A stretch of DNA of 62,364 nt, filler included, from Stramenopiles sp. TOSAG23-2 (GCA_900128395.1; 26 parts of 26 records of this genome joined end to end with filler, not necessarily neighbours in it); one strand, 5' to 3'. Counted from the whole stretch's first letter, positions 10,548-22,166 are shown. The notes: generated by a model from the sequence alone, not told the origin. Program-made: numbers and translations.

Positions 10548-11468
10548 TTACAACCATACTGCTTTTGAACTTGCTTCTGGACCACTTTGTAAATCACCAA
10601 TTTTTGAAAATTCTAAATTTCTTCCAGTAAGAAAAATATGTAAGTCTTCAACAAAGGTTTGGCAATTTGGTCCAAGTGGGTTATATACGGGATGTGTACG
10701 ACACCATTCTTTTGAAAACACTTCAATCTCTTCATCTGTTTTTGTACTTTTTCTATCATTTAAAATAACATATCCTTTAAATTGATTTCTCCTTGTTCCA
10801 GATCTTGCAACTTTTGAGAAAATACGTTTTCCAGACACTGTGCCCTTAGGTCCAATAATAGCCATCATGCCTCCAACTTCATAAATAGACGGAGAGGATA
10901 TATTTCCAATACCTAATGCCCAATGCCATGTAATACCAAAGTTATCTACACGTCTAAATAAAATCATAATTTGCCGTTGTTTCTTATAACTGTTTGCATT
11001 TTTCTTCTTCTGCTTTTTCATTCTTCGTTCTTCTGACAATGCTTTTTGTAAAAGCTGTTTTCCATGATCTTCTTGTTGTCGTCCATTTTTTCTTTTCCAA
11101 TATTCTTTAATTCCATTTGATGGGTATCTAACTTCAAGTGTTCCATTAGATAATATTGTAAAGTTACCATCACTTGCAGACCAAAAAAGAGCAGGAACTC
11201 TGGCTTTACCATTGTAATGACCAGGCGCTAATTTATTTACGCTTACTTTTACATATAAATCACCTACCCATCCTTTCCCTGTACCATTTCGTTGATATGT
11301 CATTTTTGTATTTGGAAATGTTGCTCTTACAGAGTGTTTTACACCAATATTTCTATTTGTCCATTCATTTGCACGTGTTGGAATCCATTCTCCAGCAAGG
11401 TCGCAATCACTCCTGCCATTTCCTTTTACCTGATCGTTTCCTATTATATGTTTATGCCATCCACAAAC
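10548..11468 (-). CDS. Permuted papain-fold (PPPDE/LRAT-like) peptidase domain protein
   Basis: His-before-Cys motifs WHWALGIG...YEVGG...YNPLGPNCQTFV. The frame stays open upstream of the listed ORF to the (AT)n tract at about 11469. Confidence 0.75.
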   Translation of the reverse strand, partial: VCGWHKHIIGNDQVKGNGRSDCDLAGEWIPTRANEWTNRNIGVKHSVRATFPNTKMTYQRNGTGKGWVGDLYVKVSVNKLAPGHYNGKARVPALFWSASDGNFTILSNGTLEVRYPSNGIKEYWKRKNGRQQEDHGKQLLQKALSEERRMKKQKKKNANSYKKQRQIMILFRRVDNFGITWHWALGIGNISSPSIYEVGGMMAIIGPKGTVSGKRIFSKVARSGTRRNQFKGYVILNDRKSTKTDEEIEVFSKEWCRTHPVYNPLGPNCQTFVEDLHIFLTGRNLEFSKIGDLQSGPEASSKAVWL

Positions 11469-12413
11469 ATATATATATATATATATATATATGAAAATGT
11501 ATCAAATATCTTATCCTCCATATATATTCTATATTTGATCTAACCAAAAATACTGTATCGTCCTTTATTGAAAAAAAAAAGTTGATGCATTAGCAACAAA
11601 GCACAAAATGTGCAAATGTTGTTTTTTGCAAATAATAAAAAAAAAGAAGCTCGTCGGCGTGGCGTAGACTAAGGTATTATGCCTGCTGGGCCTTCCAGGC
11701 CTTAGCCTACCACTGGTAGTATATATATGTATAGTACTATTCCCATGCTAAATCTCGCCCAAGGACGAGGTCATGATGCATTTTTATCGCTTGTTTCTAA
11801 TTAATAATAATATCCAAAATAAAAAGATATGCACATCCATATAGATAAATAGATACTGTATATAGATAAAGTGATAGATAGAGAGTAAACATATACAACC
11901 TATCTATATCTATATCTATATTATATTATAACTATTGTAACTGCTAAAAGTAATATATATATATTAAATTCAGAACGAACCCAACATGTTTGGCAATAAT
12001 CTNNNNNNNNNNNNNNNNNNNNNNNNNNNNNNNNNNNNNNNNNNNNTTAATTAATTAANNNNNNNNNNNNNNNNNNNNNNNNNNNNNNNNNNNNNNNNNN
12101 NNATAAATAATAAAACTACGAAAAAAGCCAAAAACCAAAAACCCTATTACTATTCTAATTTCCCTTTCAAGTATAAATTATGGTAAAAGGATACCAATTA
12201 GATAGGCATTTTAATTTATCTTTTTCTTTGCTAATTGCATCCTAAGGCATGCAAAATAAAAACTTTAACTATTTTTTTAATAAAATCAAATAATTTACTA
12301 AGGTAAAATTTGAAGAACGTGTACAAAAAGTAGTTGAAATAGAGAATAATAAAACAACAAATGAAATTCTAAAGACATTAAGAAATGGTGAAAATAACAA
12401 CAATAATAATAAT

Positions 12414-12683
12414 ATGAAAAACAACAACAACAATAAAAATCAAGAAAAAAATCAAGTGTTTGAAATAGTAGGCGGGACAAAAAAGGATGTAACAAATGTA
12501 GAAATGGCAAAAAAAAGTACAATTGATTATAAAAATGAAACAAATAATGAAATAATAGAGAACATAAAAGATGATAAGGAGATTATTGATGATGGTATTT
12601 TTATTACAACTGATCAAGTTGGTGCCTTTTGTTTAGGTGCAATCTCTGCAATCATTATATCAGCTTTAATGGGTGGTGGTTAA
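12414..12683 (+). CDS. Hypothetical protein with C-terminal hydrophobic helix (tail-anchor-like); 5' end uncertain
   Basis: ORF ends VGAFCLGAISAIIISALMGGG-stop. Confidence 0.5.
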   Translation: MKNNNNNKNQEKNQVFEIVGGTKKDVTNVEMAKKSTIDYKNETNNEIIENIKDDKEIIDDGIFITTDQVGAFCLGAISAIIISALMGGG

Positions 12684-13335
12684 AAACTTACTAACGTACT
12701 CTGTATACACACACGTAACAACCACACATGTATTTTGCCATGTGTGCATTATATTTGTGTATAAAAGAGGAGAAAAAGAGAGAGGGACTAAAGGGTATGT
12801 TTATATTATTATTACGAGTCGTATATACTCGTATTATAAAAATGATGGTTGAAATCTAAGTTTTGCAATTGCACAAAATATTTTAAGTATTGTACTCGTA
12901 CGTCGTACGAACTTGTATAATAATTTTTGTTTCTTTTATAAAAAAATGAAAAAGATAAATAATATAAGTAAAATTAAAGTAATACTCTCGTGTAATTTAT
13001 TTAAATAATACACGACGCACTATGCACTATATTATACTCTTTCTTTTGTGTGAGTATCGTTTCTTTTCTTTTATTTTTTATTTTTTTTATTTTTTTTTAA
13101 AGTTAACCAGATTTTTTTTATTCTTTTTTTGTCTTTTTTTAAATAATGATATAATAATATTTTGTGAATATAATTTTATGAAATGAAGCATGTCTAAGAC
13201 ATAATTAATATTTAAATGACTTCAATCTTATTCTTAATCTTATACTACATATATCGTGTTAATAATATATCCTGCGAGATAAATATATTAGTTTCACTGA
13301 ATATATATCTACATAATTTTGGTTTGAATGAAAAT

Positions 13336-13515
13336 TTAAACCAAGATAGTTTGAATGGAGCAAGATTCACCAGTATATCCTTCAAAGCATTCACAGATAC
13401 CATCCTGACTGTTACAGATACCACGGTTGGAACATTCAGCATTTTCAGCAGTTCCGCTACTTGCACCGTCACCAGTGGTAACGGATTCAATATATCCACG
13501 TACAACACATTTTCT
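13336..13515 (-). pseudogene. C-terminal EGF-like fragment of a stramenopile tubular-mastigoneme (Ocm1/Sig1-like) protein
   Basis: A frame absent from the ORF track reads KCVVRGYIESVTTGDGASSGTAENAECSNRGICNSQDGICECFEGYTGESCSIQTILV-stop. No upstream coding part is evident in this contig. Confidence 0.65.
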
Positions 13516-14313
13516 TGTCGATAATAATAATATAATAATTGTAATTCTATATATTTTCTATCTTTCTACCACGATGTGTTTGTACCAGTTTTGTTGATAT
13601 GTATATATATATTATATGTTGTATCGTGTTATTTGTTCGTTAAATTATTTTACTGTTATTGTACAGCATCAACACAGCACTGGATTCCCAACGTTTTTAA
13701 TCTATAAAATGTGTCAATTTGGTCCATAATTTAGACCAATCACAACTAATTAAATTTAAATTCAACGGGAATAATTTTAGCAGGCCCAGCAGGCACACAC
13801 GATTACAAAATCTGCGGTTTTGCGTTAGCAAGGCTAGCAGCTTATTAAATCTTCTTCGGATAAAATTTATATTTGTGATATTTTTATTTAAGGACCTTTT
13901 TATATAACCAATAACAATCTCATAAATATATAAATATCCTCTCGAGATTGCTTATCATTAATGCTATTTAGATAGTAATATAAATATATAATTAAGGTAT
14001 TGTAACTTCAGTTAGATACACACACCATTGTTGGAGATTTATATTTAGATTTAGATTGTTACAGCCTTTATTTTTTATTTTTTACACCTCTGATATTTTT
14101 TAATAGCAAGTATNNNNNNNNNNNNNNNNNNNNNNNNNNNNNNNNNNNNNNTATTTATATACACAAAATAATAATAGACAAATACTAACTACGTATATAT
14201 AATTACAGAAACAATACAACATATTATCCTTCATCCCATCGTTAATATAGATACAGACTATATACATATTGTAAACCAAACAAACACAAATATAATAATT
14301 AACATTTATCACC

Positions 14314-14415
14314 ATGCCGACTGCACAAGAGGAAGTAGAGATGAATAAGTTAATTGAAAAATTACAACAAACTGGTAATGTATTAAAACGAAAATATGAA
14401 GCTGAAAAGCAACGT
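14314..14415 (+). CDS. 5' start of a hypothetical protein, truncated by the contig end
   Basis: MPTAQEEVEMNKLIEKLQQTGNVLKRKYEAEKQR runs to the linker. Confidence 0.45.
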
Positions 14416-14517
14416 NNNNNNNNNNNNNNNNNNNNNNNNNNNNNNNNNNNNNNNNNNNNTTAATTAATTAANNNNNNNNNNNNNNNNNNNNNNNNNNNNN
14501 NNNNNNNNNNNNNNNAA

Positions 14518-16218
14518 AAAACCAGGCTCCCTGAAACAACGTTAATAAATGGTTCAGTTGTAGAAAAAGTGGAAGAGGAGGAAATATTTTATGCATTTCC
14601 GCAAAACGTAGAGGGGCATCATTGGCACCCGACGCCTTACACGAAAACGACATTAAAAGTTAAACCAAAAAACACTAATTATACGGAAATTGATGATTCC
14701 ATATTACTTCAGTTTACTGATGCTGAAAAAAATTCCGATTCAAACCCATTTGGAGGTGGTTGCATATTAGAATATAAAGACTTAGAATATATGCCGTTTT
14801 TCGGTTTTGGTCTTCAATATAGAGTAATTATTCCTAAACAGATACATGTAACAACAGCTAAAGGTGAGAAAATTGTTGGTAGCTTTGTAAAAAATGCAAA
14901 AACAAGCAATGTAAGAGAGCCTCTTGGGCTATCGACGGAGGAATTAACAGCAATAAGAAAAGCAGAACAAAAGGCATTAGGGAAAAAAAGTGCCAAAGTT
15001 GCGCCTGTGAAGCAACTTGTAGCAGATCCAGCTGATGGAAGTTTTTTAGGAACATATGTGTTTAAAAATGGTGCAAGTGAAGTAATGAAAATTAAGCTTA
15101 GTACACCAGCAGTAAAACGACTTACTTCAGCATGGGCAAATTTACAATTCCATACTGATCAAGAATGTTGGTATCTACCACCACCACATACAGCGTTTCA
15201 GGGCAGGAGTTGTTTTAATTGTCTTACTTGTGGTTGCTGTGGTAGAAAAGCAAAATTAGGTTATTTACATCCGCCGGGTCAACGAGTTGCAGGGGCTGTT
15301 ATTGAAGCGAATTATGAACAAAAACTGCCTGAAGCCCCAAAAGAAATTGTGACGATGCGAGAAGATTTTGATGTACCAATGAATCCAAACAATCCAAAGA
15401 GACCTTGTTGTGTTAGATATTGCAATTGCTGTATTGAACCACTTACTCCTTGCTGTGGTTATTTATTTCATAAATGTGGATGGGTTGCTGAAAAATGGAA
15501 AGGCACTTGTTGCGGATGCGTGTGGTGTGGTCGTGAACCTTGTTTTAGTGGTTGTAGCAAGGGAGGTGGCTGTTGCAAGGGAGGTGGTTGTTGCAAGGGA
15601 GGTGGTTGTTGCAAGGGAGGTGGTTGTTGTGGTGGCAAAAGTGGTGGTGGCTGCTGCTCAGGTGATGACTCAGGACTAAGTTGTTGGACCAGGACGTGTG
15701 GTTGTTTTGGTCCGTGTTGTCCAAGATGCTTTTCTGAGCTCTATTCAACTGAAATACCGCAAGCAAGTGGTTGGGATGCCGTAAAGGGATCCGTAACCGT
15801 AGATATTCTTCAATACAAATGGAATTTGTATGCTGGAAATAGTATAAAAGGTGGACACCATGGACAAAAAATTCCAAAAGACGGGTCGATATCGATTACT
15901 TCCATTGACAGTGTAACCGAAGAGTTTCATGGAATTTCAAGAACACATGAAATTGGTAACATTGCAGATACGAAAACAAAAATTATTTTCCCTGGAAATG
16001 CCAATAAACAAGTTGCTGAAAGTGCTATATTGCTTGCATTAAATTCATATTACATGGATTTTAATAGAATTGGTGGGCATACAGGTGCACTTCATGGTAT
16101 CTTTCATCATGAATCTAGGTTTATTTCCGTTCCGAAACATAAATCAGGTTTTTGTTGTTGCCATCCTTGTTGTTGCGGAAAATATTATGATTTATCGAAA
16201 AAACCCAAAGCATATTAA
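14518..16218 (+). CDS. Cysteine-rich protein, possibly scramblase/Tubby-C-like; 5'-partial
   Basis: Open from the contig start, with many CC pairs and (CCKGGG)n. The C-terminal KIIFPGNANKQVAESAILLALNSYYMDF resembles the terminal strand-helix of scramblases. Confidence 0.6.
   Translation, partial: KTRLPETTLINGSVVEKVEEEEIFYAFPQNVEGHHWHPTPYTKTTLKVKPKNTNYTEIDDSILLQFTDAEKNSDSNPFGGGCILEYKDLEYMPFFGFGLQYRVIIPKQIHVTTAKGEKIVGSFVKNAKTSNVREPLGLSTEELTAIRKAEQKALGKKSAKVAPVKQLVADPADGSFLGTYVFKNGASEVMKIKLSTPAVKRLTSAWANLQFHTDQECWYLPPPHTAFQGRSCFNCLTCGCCGRKAKLGYLHPPGQRVAGAVIEANYEQKLPEAPKEIVTMREDFDVPMNPNNPKRPCCVRYCNCCIEPLTPCCGYLFHKCGWVAEKWKGTCCGCVWCGREPCFSGCSKGGGCCKGGGCCKGGGCCKGGGCCGGKSGGGCCSGDDSGLSCWTRTCGCFGPCCPRCFSELYSTEIPQASGWDAVKGSVTVDILQYKWNLYAGNSIKGGHHGQKIPKDGSISITSIDSVTEEFHGISRTHEIGNIADTKTKIIFPGNANKQVAESAILLALNSYYMDFNRIGGHTGALHGIFHHESRFISVPKHKSGFCCCHPCCCGKYYDLSKKPKAY
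15557..15630 (+). repeat. Coding 18-nt tandem repeat x4 (GCAAGGGAGGTGGYTGTT, encoding CKGGGC)
   Basis: Read directly from the sequence. Confidence 0.9.
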
Positions 16219-16958
16219 GAATGCTGTTCAGACATTAGAAGGCCGTCTTTCCCCTCTTATCTTTTTGTATTTTACACATATAAAATCTACATATTATTAT
16301 AAAGTCCAATAATATAATATTTTTGGCATTGTAATAACATGTAAAGAATATTTACTTCATTTATAGGATGTTATACTATGTTACTATTTTACTTATTTTT
16401 GCACTTTTCCTTCATCCCAACTGGCCAACTAAACACGAAACACATCAGTCAGTTCTTTTTTTGAAATTTTCCTATATAGGTATACATAGCATTAAATAAA
16501 CCCACAGGGACACAGTACACACAATAACACTACCTCATCACTAAGGTATTGTCACCGTTATTTTCTAACGTTCTTACCATATACACACCATTACGAACCA
16601 TTTAAATTTGTAAATCGATTTAAACCTAAATAGAATTACTATGAACATAGCATTAACAAATATTCCCTATCAAATGACACATATGTATACTTGAAGGGAC
16701 AATTAGAATACCAAAAATATTATTACAAAATTGCCAATCACAACAAAATTTGTAAAATCAAAATTCGATGATTTTTCAACTTTATTCTTTTTTTTTTCTT
16801 TTCCGGAGATCGTTTTATTAAGTACANNNNNNNNNNNNNNNNNNNNNNNNNNNNNNNNNNNNNNNNNNNNTTAATTAATTAANNNNNNNNNNNNNNNNNN
16901 NNNNNNNNNNNNNNNNNNNNNNNNNNTTTCAAAGTAAAAAGTGACATAATATAACAGC

Positions 16959-17542
16959 ATGTCGTCGAAATACAACGATGAGGAAGGATACGAGGAGGAG
17001 GAAGAAATAGATGAATCGGATCCTATGTTTTGGTTGCAAAGTTTACCGGGTGGTGGGGAAGAATGGTCCGTATTTATTAAAGCAGCTGAATGGTGGCACC
17101 AAGAACATCCAAAATGGTTCACGGATTTTGCTGATAAACATTGTTATTTATTGATGATTTAGAATTGCAAACTGCCGATAAAATGGAATGTCCGCTTCAA
17201 TGTACAGAAATACATAATCGATTCATGGAAGAATACGAAGAAATGTTGGAAGATTTTATTATTGAAGAAGGTTCTAGTTATGAAGAATTTGTGGAAGAAG
17301 CTGGTAAAATGTTGAATGGTACGCAGTTAAGTATTATTGAAACAACAGAACATACAGATTTTTTAAAAACGTTATTGTCTAGTGTTGAATATAAACATTT
17401 TCATAATTTATTGGTAAATGCAGCTAGGCGTAAAAAATATGGAAATAAAAAAGGTAAGAAGAACAAAAAGAAAAAGAAGAAGAAGAATTATGATAACGAT
17501 GATGAAGATAATAATAATAATGGTGGTTCGACAAAAAAATAA
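16959..17542 (+). CDS. BART-domain (ARL2BP/CFAP36-like) protein, split by one frameshift near 17150
   Basis: FTDFADKHCY continues in another frame as FIDD...ECPLQCTEIHNRFMEEYEEMLEDFI...SVEYKHFHNLLV. The break lies in a TATT repeat. Confidence 0.75.
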
Positions 17543-17737
17543 ATTAATTAAAATCAGATATGTGTGGTGTTGGTGTATTTTATAATAGTTTTTCCGCATC
17601 ATAAACATGCTGTGTGAAACGAAATATGTGTACAAATATATATATACGTGTGCGTGTACTTTTTTTTTATCAAAAAATCTTCCATTCTCTCATATATTTT
17701 ATGTTTTTTATCTCTCTAGAGTCTCTCTTTTTTCTCC

Positions 17738-18891
17738 CTACCTTTTTAACATTTGTAAATTTTTTGCTACACGTGCAACCATAACACCAGCTTTAAATTT
17801 ACGTCTTGCATTAAATTTTTTCAATTGTGCTAATGTTTTAGGTAATACTTTATCTTCTAAATTTTCTTTTGTCATCCATGGATGTTTCATAATATCAGAT
17901 ATGTCCATACGATCGCTTGGATTGACAACTAACATCTTTTCAATTAAATCTTTTGCTTCATCACTAACATGATCCCATTCATCGCTTGGAAAATCATATG
18001 CACCCGCTTTTATTGAACGAAATAATGCAGCATTGTTATCATCATAAAAAGGTGGATAACCACATAATAAAATGTATAAAATAACAGCTGCAGACCAAAC
18101 ATCAACTGTACTACCATAACATTCACTTTTTAATATTTCTGGTGCAACATATCCTGGTGTGCCACACATCGTAGTCATTAATTCAATCGCTTGTTCATTT
18201 GTAAATAAACGTGCTAAGCCAAAATCAGCAACTTTCAATTGTGCATCTTCAGTTGTATCTGAATACAATAAATTTTCAGGTTTTAAATCCCTATGAACAA
18301 TACCTTGTTGATGACAATATTCCAACGCTTTACAGATTTGAAAAAATGCTACCCTTGCTTCATGTTCTGTATAATGTTCTTTCTCTACAATACGATCAAA
18401 CATTTCTCCACCAGAACAATTTTCCAATATCATGTAAAACGTACGATCTGAATCAAATACTTCTCTTAAATGTACTATACATGGATGATCTAACTTGCCC
18501 ATAATGTCAACTTCGATTTGTAACGAGTCTTTATCACTTTTTGATAAATTTTTCTTATCAATACATTTTGCTGCCCATTTACTATCATCTTTTAAACATG
18601 TAACATCTCTTACAACGGCAAAGGAACCTTCACCAAGTGTTTTTCCAATTTTATAAAAATCTTTCATTTTTCCTTCGTGCTTTGTGTAGTTCATATGTAT
18701 ATATATAGTTGTGTGCGCGTTAGTGAGACTGTATACGTGTGTGTGAGTGAGAGAGAGTGTGTCCATATTATTATTGAAGGGAGTATAGATATATATTATA
18801 TTATTATTGTTATTGATGAAACGTTATTTTATAATAAACTTACTAGAAAATTACGTCCAGTGGTACCACGACCAGTATCTTCAAAAGCCAT
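17738..18891 (-). CDS. CaMK-group Ser/Thr kinase (CAMK1-like), two exons (18891-18844 and 18679-17738)
   Basis: GEGSFAVV, AAK, HRDLKPEN, DFG, CGTPGYVAPE and the regulatory tail LKKFNARRKFK. A phase-0 intron joins MAFEDTGRGTTGRNFL to HEGKMKDFY. Confidence 0.92.
18680..18843 (-). other. Spliceosomal intron (164 nt)
   Basis: GTAAGT donor, ACTAAC branch point at 18724-18719 and AAAG acceptor. Splicing preserves the frame. Confidence 0.8.
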
Positions 18892-19338
18892 ATTGATATG
18901 TATTTATATATGATATATATATATATTTAAATATTATTTATAGTTGTTGTTATTATCAGACTTGAACGAGTAGAAATGATTTCATGTGTCTCTCTTTCTG
19001 TGTCTCTCTTTTTCTCTTAATGATTATTGTAATAAAATGATGAGATGAGGTTGTTGTGTAAATACTAAATACTTCGAGTCTATTTATATATTATATATTG
19101 TGTGCCCAACAACTGATGAGGCCTTTTTTTACTGTAGCCAATTATAAGGTAATTGCTCAGTCATTTTCAACAATTTGTTAAAATAGTATTTTCTCATTGT
19201 CCTTAATTATAAATTGTTGTTTTTTTCACGATGATACNNNNNNNNNNNNNNNNNNNNNNNNNNNNNNNNNNNNNNNNNNNNTTAATTAATTAANNNNNNN
19301 NNNNNNNNNNNNNNNNNNNNNNNNNNNNNNNNNNNNNT

Positions 19339-21543
19339 GACAAAGCAGCGCTCTCAAAGGCGAAAAAGAAACGGAAAAATAAAAAGCATGCATCTATAAT
19401 ACCAGATATTATCGAAGAACGTAGAAAATCATCATCTACTGATGAAATAAAAATTTACAAATATAAAAAAGGGAAATATCTAGGTAAAGGTGGTTTTGCT
19501 AGATGCTACACGATGACAAACATGGAGGATGGCCACGTTTATGCAGGTAAAGTAGTCTCCAAAAGCTCGTTGGTTAAAAGTACAGCAAAGGCAAAATTAA
19601 TTGCTGAAATAAAAATTCATAAACATCTTAATCACAGACATATCGTAAAATTTGAACATTTTTTTGAAGATAAAGTAAATGTTTACCTATTATTGGAATT
19701 ATGCACAAATAACACAATGGAGGAGTTGGTGAAAAATCGAAATAAACTTAGTGAGCCTGAAGCACGGTATTACACTTTACAAATGATCGATGCATTACGT
19801 TACTTGCATAGGCACAATGTTATTCATCGAGATATGAAGTTAGGTAATGTATTTTTAAACAAAGACATGGAAATTCGTGTTGGAGATTTAGGATTAAGTG
19901 TGAAGTTGAAAAATCAAAACGAGCGGGAAAAAAGAATTTGCGGCACACCAAACTACATGGCACCAGAAATAATTGCTGGAAAATCATATAGTTTTGAAGT
20001 AGATATATGGTCACTTGGTGTCATATTGTTCACTATGCTTTTCGGCAAACCACCATTCGAGACAATGGATGTCAAAAGTACGTATAGAAAGATACGCCAA
20101 GAAGATTACTCTTTCCCTTCCTATTCTGCAAATGTATCAAAAGAAGCAAAATCGTTAGTTGCCTCGATTTTACAGTTGAACCCAGAGAAACGCCCAACAT
20201 TAGATGAAATGTTGTGCCATGAATGGTTTACCGGTTGCAGTGTAATACCAAAAACGCTGCCCCAAAGTGCATTAAGAATAGAACCAAACATCTGCGATTT
20301 AGAGTGCCAAAATTTAGGCGTCGCAAATTATTGCAGCAGTAGTAATAGCAATTTTAATAGCAGTAATAACAAATCACGCTTAAGCAAAGATTCTGGTGGC
20401 AGACGTCCATTAGGGCAATTGTCTGGAAATAAAAGTTCGAAATCAAGCAAAAGTTCAAATTTAAATGGCGGAAACAATTTAGACAAAGAGACCTTGGCAA
20501 GTGCTTCTAGTAAGACGAATGGCGCAGAAAATTCAAGCAAAAATAGCAATGAAAAGTTTTTGAGAAAGAGCAAAACGGGTGAGAAAAAGCAAAGACCTTC
20601 GAGCGCATGTTACAATATAAGATCCAAATTAGTAGGGGATGGTTCATCATCTGATAGCAACGGTAAAAAACAAACATTTTCCTCTCCACCTCAAACTGCT
20701 GGTTCAAGCAGTGATAGCAAACGTTCGACGGTGTCATTAAAAGTTTTACAAAAGCAAGCTTGGAGTGATGCAAGAAAAATCAATACACCAACTGAAGTAT
20801 CGTCTTCGAATTATGGGGAAGTACCTGTTAAAAACTCGAGCAATAGTAATAGTCACCAAGACAACACTGCAAAAACAATAGATTGTAGTGATAACAAAAA
20901 GAGCAGCAGTAATAGAAATAAAAAGAAAAGCAACAGTAGTAAAAGCCAGCAAACATCATCATCGGGATCAACTGTTCAAAGCTTAGGTACATTGAAACAT
21001 ATGCATTTACATCTAACGCGTAGTTTCGCGCTGGCCTCAGGCGAGAAACTATTACCAGAAGATTTCGAAGATATGTTATGCAAGGAATACCAACAACCAT
21101 CCGTATGGGTTAGGCGTTGGGTCGATTACACAAGTAAATATGGGCTTGGTTATATGCTTGCAAACGGTAGCATCGGTGTATATTTCAACGATTGTACAAA
21201 AATCATATTATCCTCCAATGGTAACAATTTTGAATACATGGAAAGAACATCTGCAAGGACTGCAAAGATTGCTGCATTGAAAGGATTGGCATCTCCAGAG
21301 GCACAACGTGCCTCTCACACTTTGACAGATTTTCCAACAACATTAACAAAAAAGGTAACATTGTTGAAGCATTTTAAAAGTTATTTAAAAGGACAAGATG
21401 AAAGCGGCAGTAACGTTTTATCCAAAGATGGAATAGATGCATCAAAGGCAGGAAGCGGGAACCAAAGTATGATTTACGTTAAAAAATGGGTTCGTAGGGG
21501 TAATATTATGATGCCAAGGAAGCCTATATCATATATTACGTAG
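19339..21543 (+). CDS. PLK: Polo-like kinase; 5'-partial, with a chimeric truncation inside the polo-box region
   Basis: LGKGGFARCY, HRDMKLGN, GDLG, CGTPNYMAPE and polo box WVRRWVDYTSKYGLGY. Similarity stops after YVKKWVR (about 21497). Confidence 0.93.
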   Translation, partial: DKAALSKAKKKRKNKKHASIIPDIIEERRKSSSTDEIKIYKYKKGKYLGKGGFARCYTMTNMEDGHVYAGKVVSKSSLVKSTAKAKLIAEIKIHKHLNHRHIVKFEHFFEDKVNVYLLLELCTNNTMEELVKNRNKLSEPEARYYTLQMIDALRYLHRHNVIHRDMKLGNVFLNKDMEIRVGDLGLSVKLKNQNEREKRICGTPNYMAPEIIAGKSYSFEVDIWSLGVILFTMLFGKPPFETMDVKSTYRKIRQEDYSFPSYSANVSKEAKSLVASILQLNPEKRPTLDEMLCHEWFTGCSVIPKTLPQSALRIEPNICDLECQNLGVANYCSSSNSNFNSSNNKSRLSKDSGGRRPLGQLSGNKSSKSSKSSNLNGGNNLDKETLASASSKTNGAENSSKNSNEKFLRKSKTGEKKQRPSSACYNIRSKLVGDGSSSDSNGKKQTFSSPPQTAGSSSDSKRSTVSLKVLQKQAWSDARKINTPTEVSSSNYGEVPVKNSSNSNSHQDNTAKTIDCSDNKKSSSNRNKKKSNSSKSQQTSSSGSTVQSLGTLKHMHLHLTRSFALASGEKLLPEDFEDMLCKEYQQPSVWVRRWVDYTSKYGLGYMLANGSIGVYFNDCTKIILSSNGNNFEYMERTSARTAKIAALKGLASPEAQRASHTLTDFPTTLTKKVTLLKHFKSYLKGQDESGSNVLSKDGIDASKAGSGNQSMIYVKKWVRRGNIMMPRKPISYIT

Positions 21544-22166
21544 ATTATACAACACTACATCATATAATTTTTATTGAAATGAATTTTGTAATGCATCCAG
21601 TTCTGATGGTAAAATCATATCCATGGTCTTTTGCCAAGCTTCATNNNNNNNNNNNNNNNNNNNNNNNNNNNNNNNNNNNNNNNNNNNNTTAATTAATTAA
21701 NNNNNNNNNNNNNNNNNNNNNNNNNNNNNNNNNNNNNNNNNNNNCCATCACAGATTCTGTGATTTTAAATATTCAAATTTGGAGTGGGCAACGAGTAACC
21801 TGGTATTAAGCCCACATCATTTATTACACCACCAAGAAAAAAAAAAAATGCTGTGGCGATTTTAATTTGCACCATTTGGTATATAATGATGTTTCCATGC
21901 TATGATATTTACATGGATACAGCATTAAATTCTGGCGGCATGTGAAGATCCGTTTTTACAACAAATAATACGTAGCTAATTATTAGATACAAAACACCCA
22001 TAATGAAAAATATAGAAATGTCGTATAGAAGGACAAACTGTATAAAAACATCAATATCATCATATCAATTTGTATTCAGCAAACATCGTGTTATTAGTAA
22101 TTATAAAATCACAATAATTTATACATAAAACATATATATACACACACCGTACTTGAAAAATAACAT

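Noticed and set aside
21497-21644. Novel PLK C-terminus lacking the second polo box
   Set aside because: Abrupt switch into the 3' end of an opposite-strand gene (..DALQNSFQ-stop); chimeric junction.
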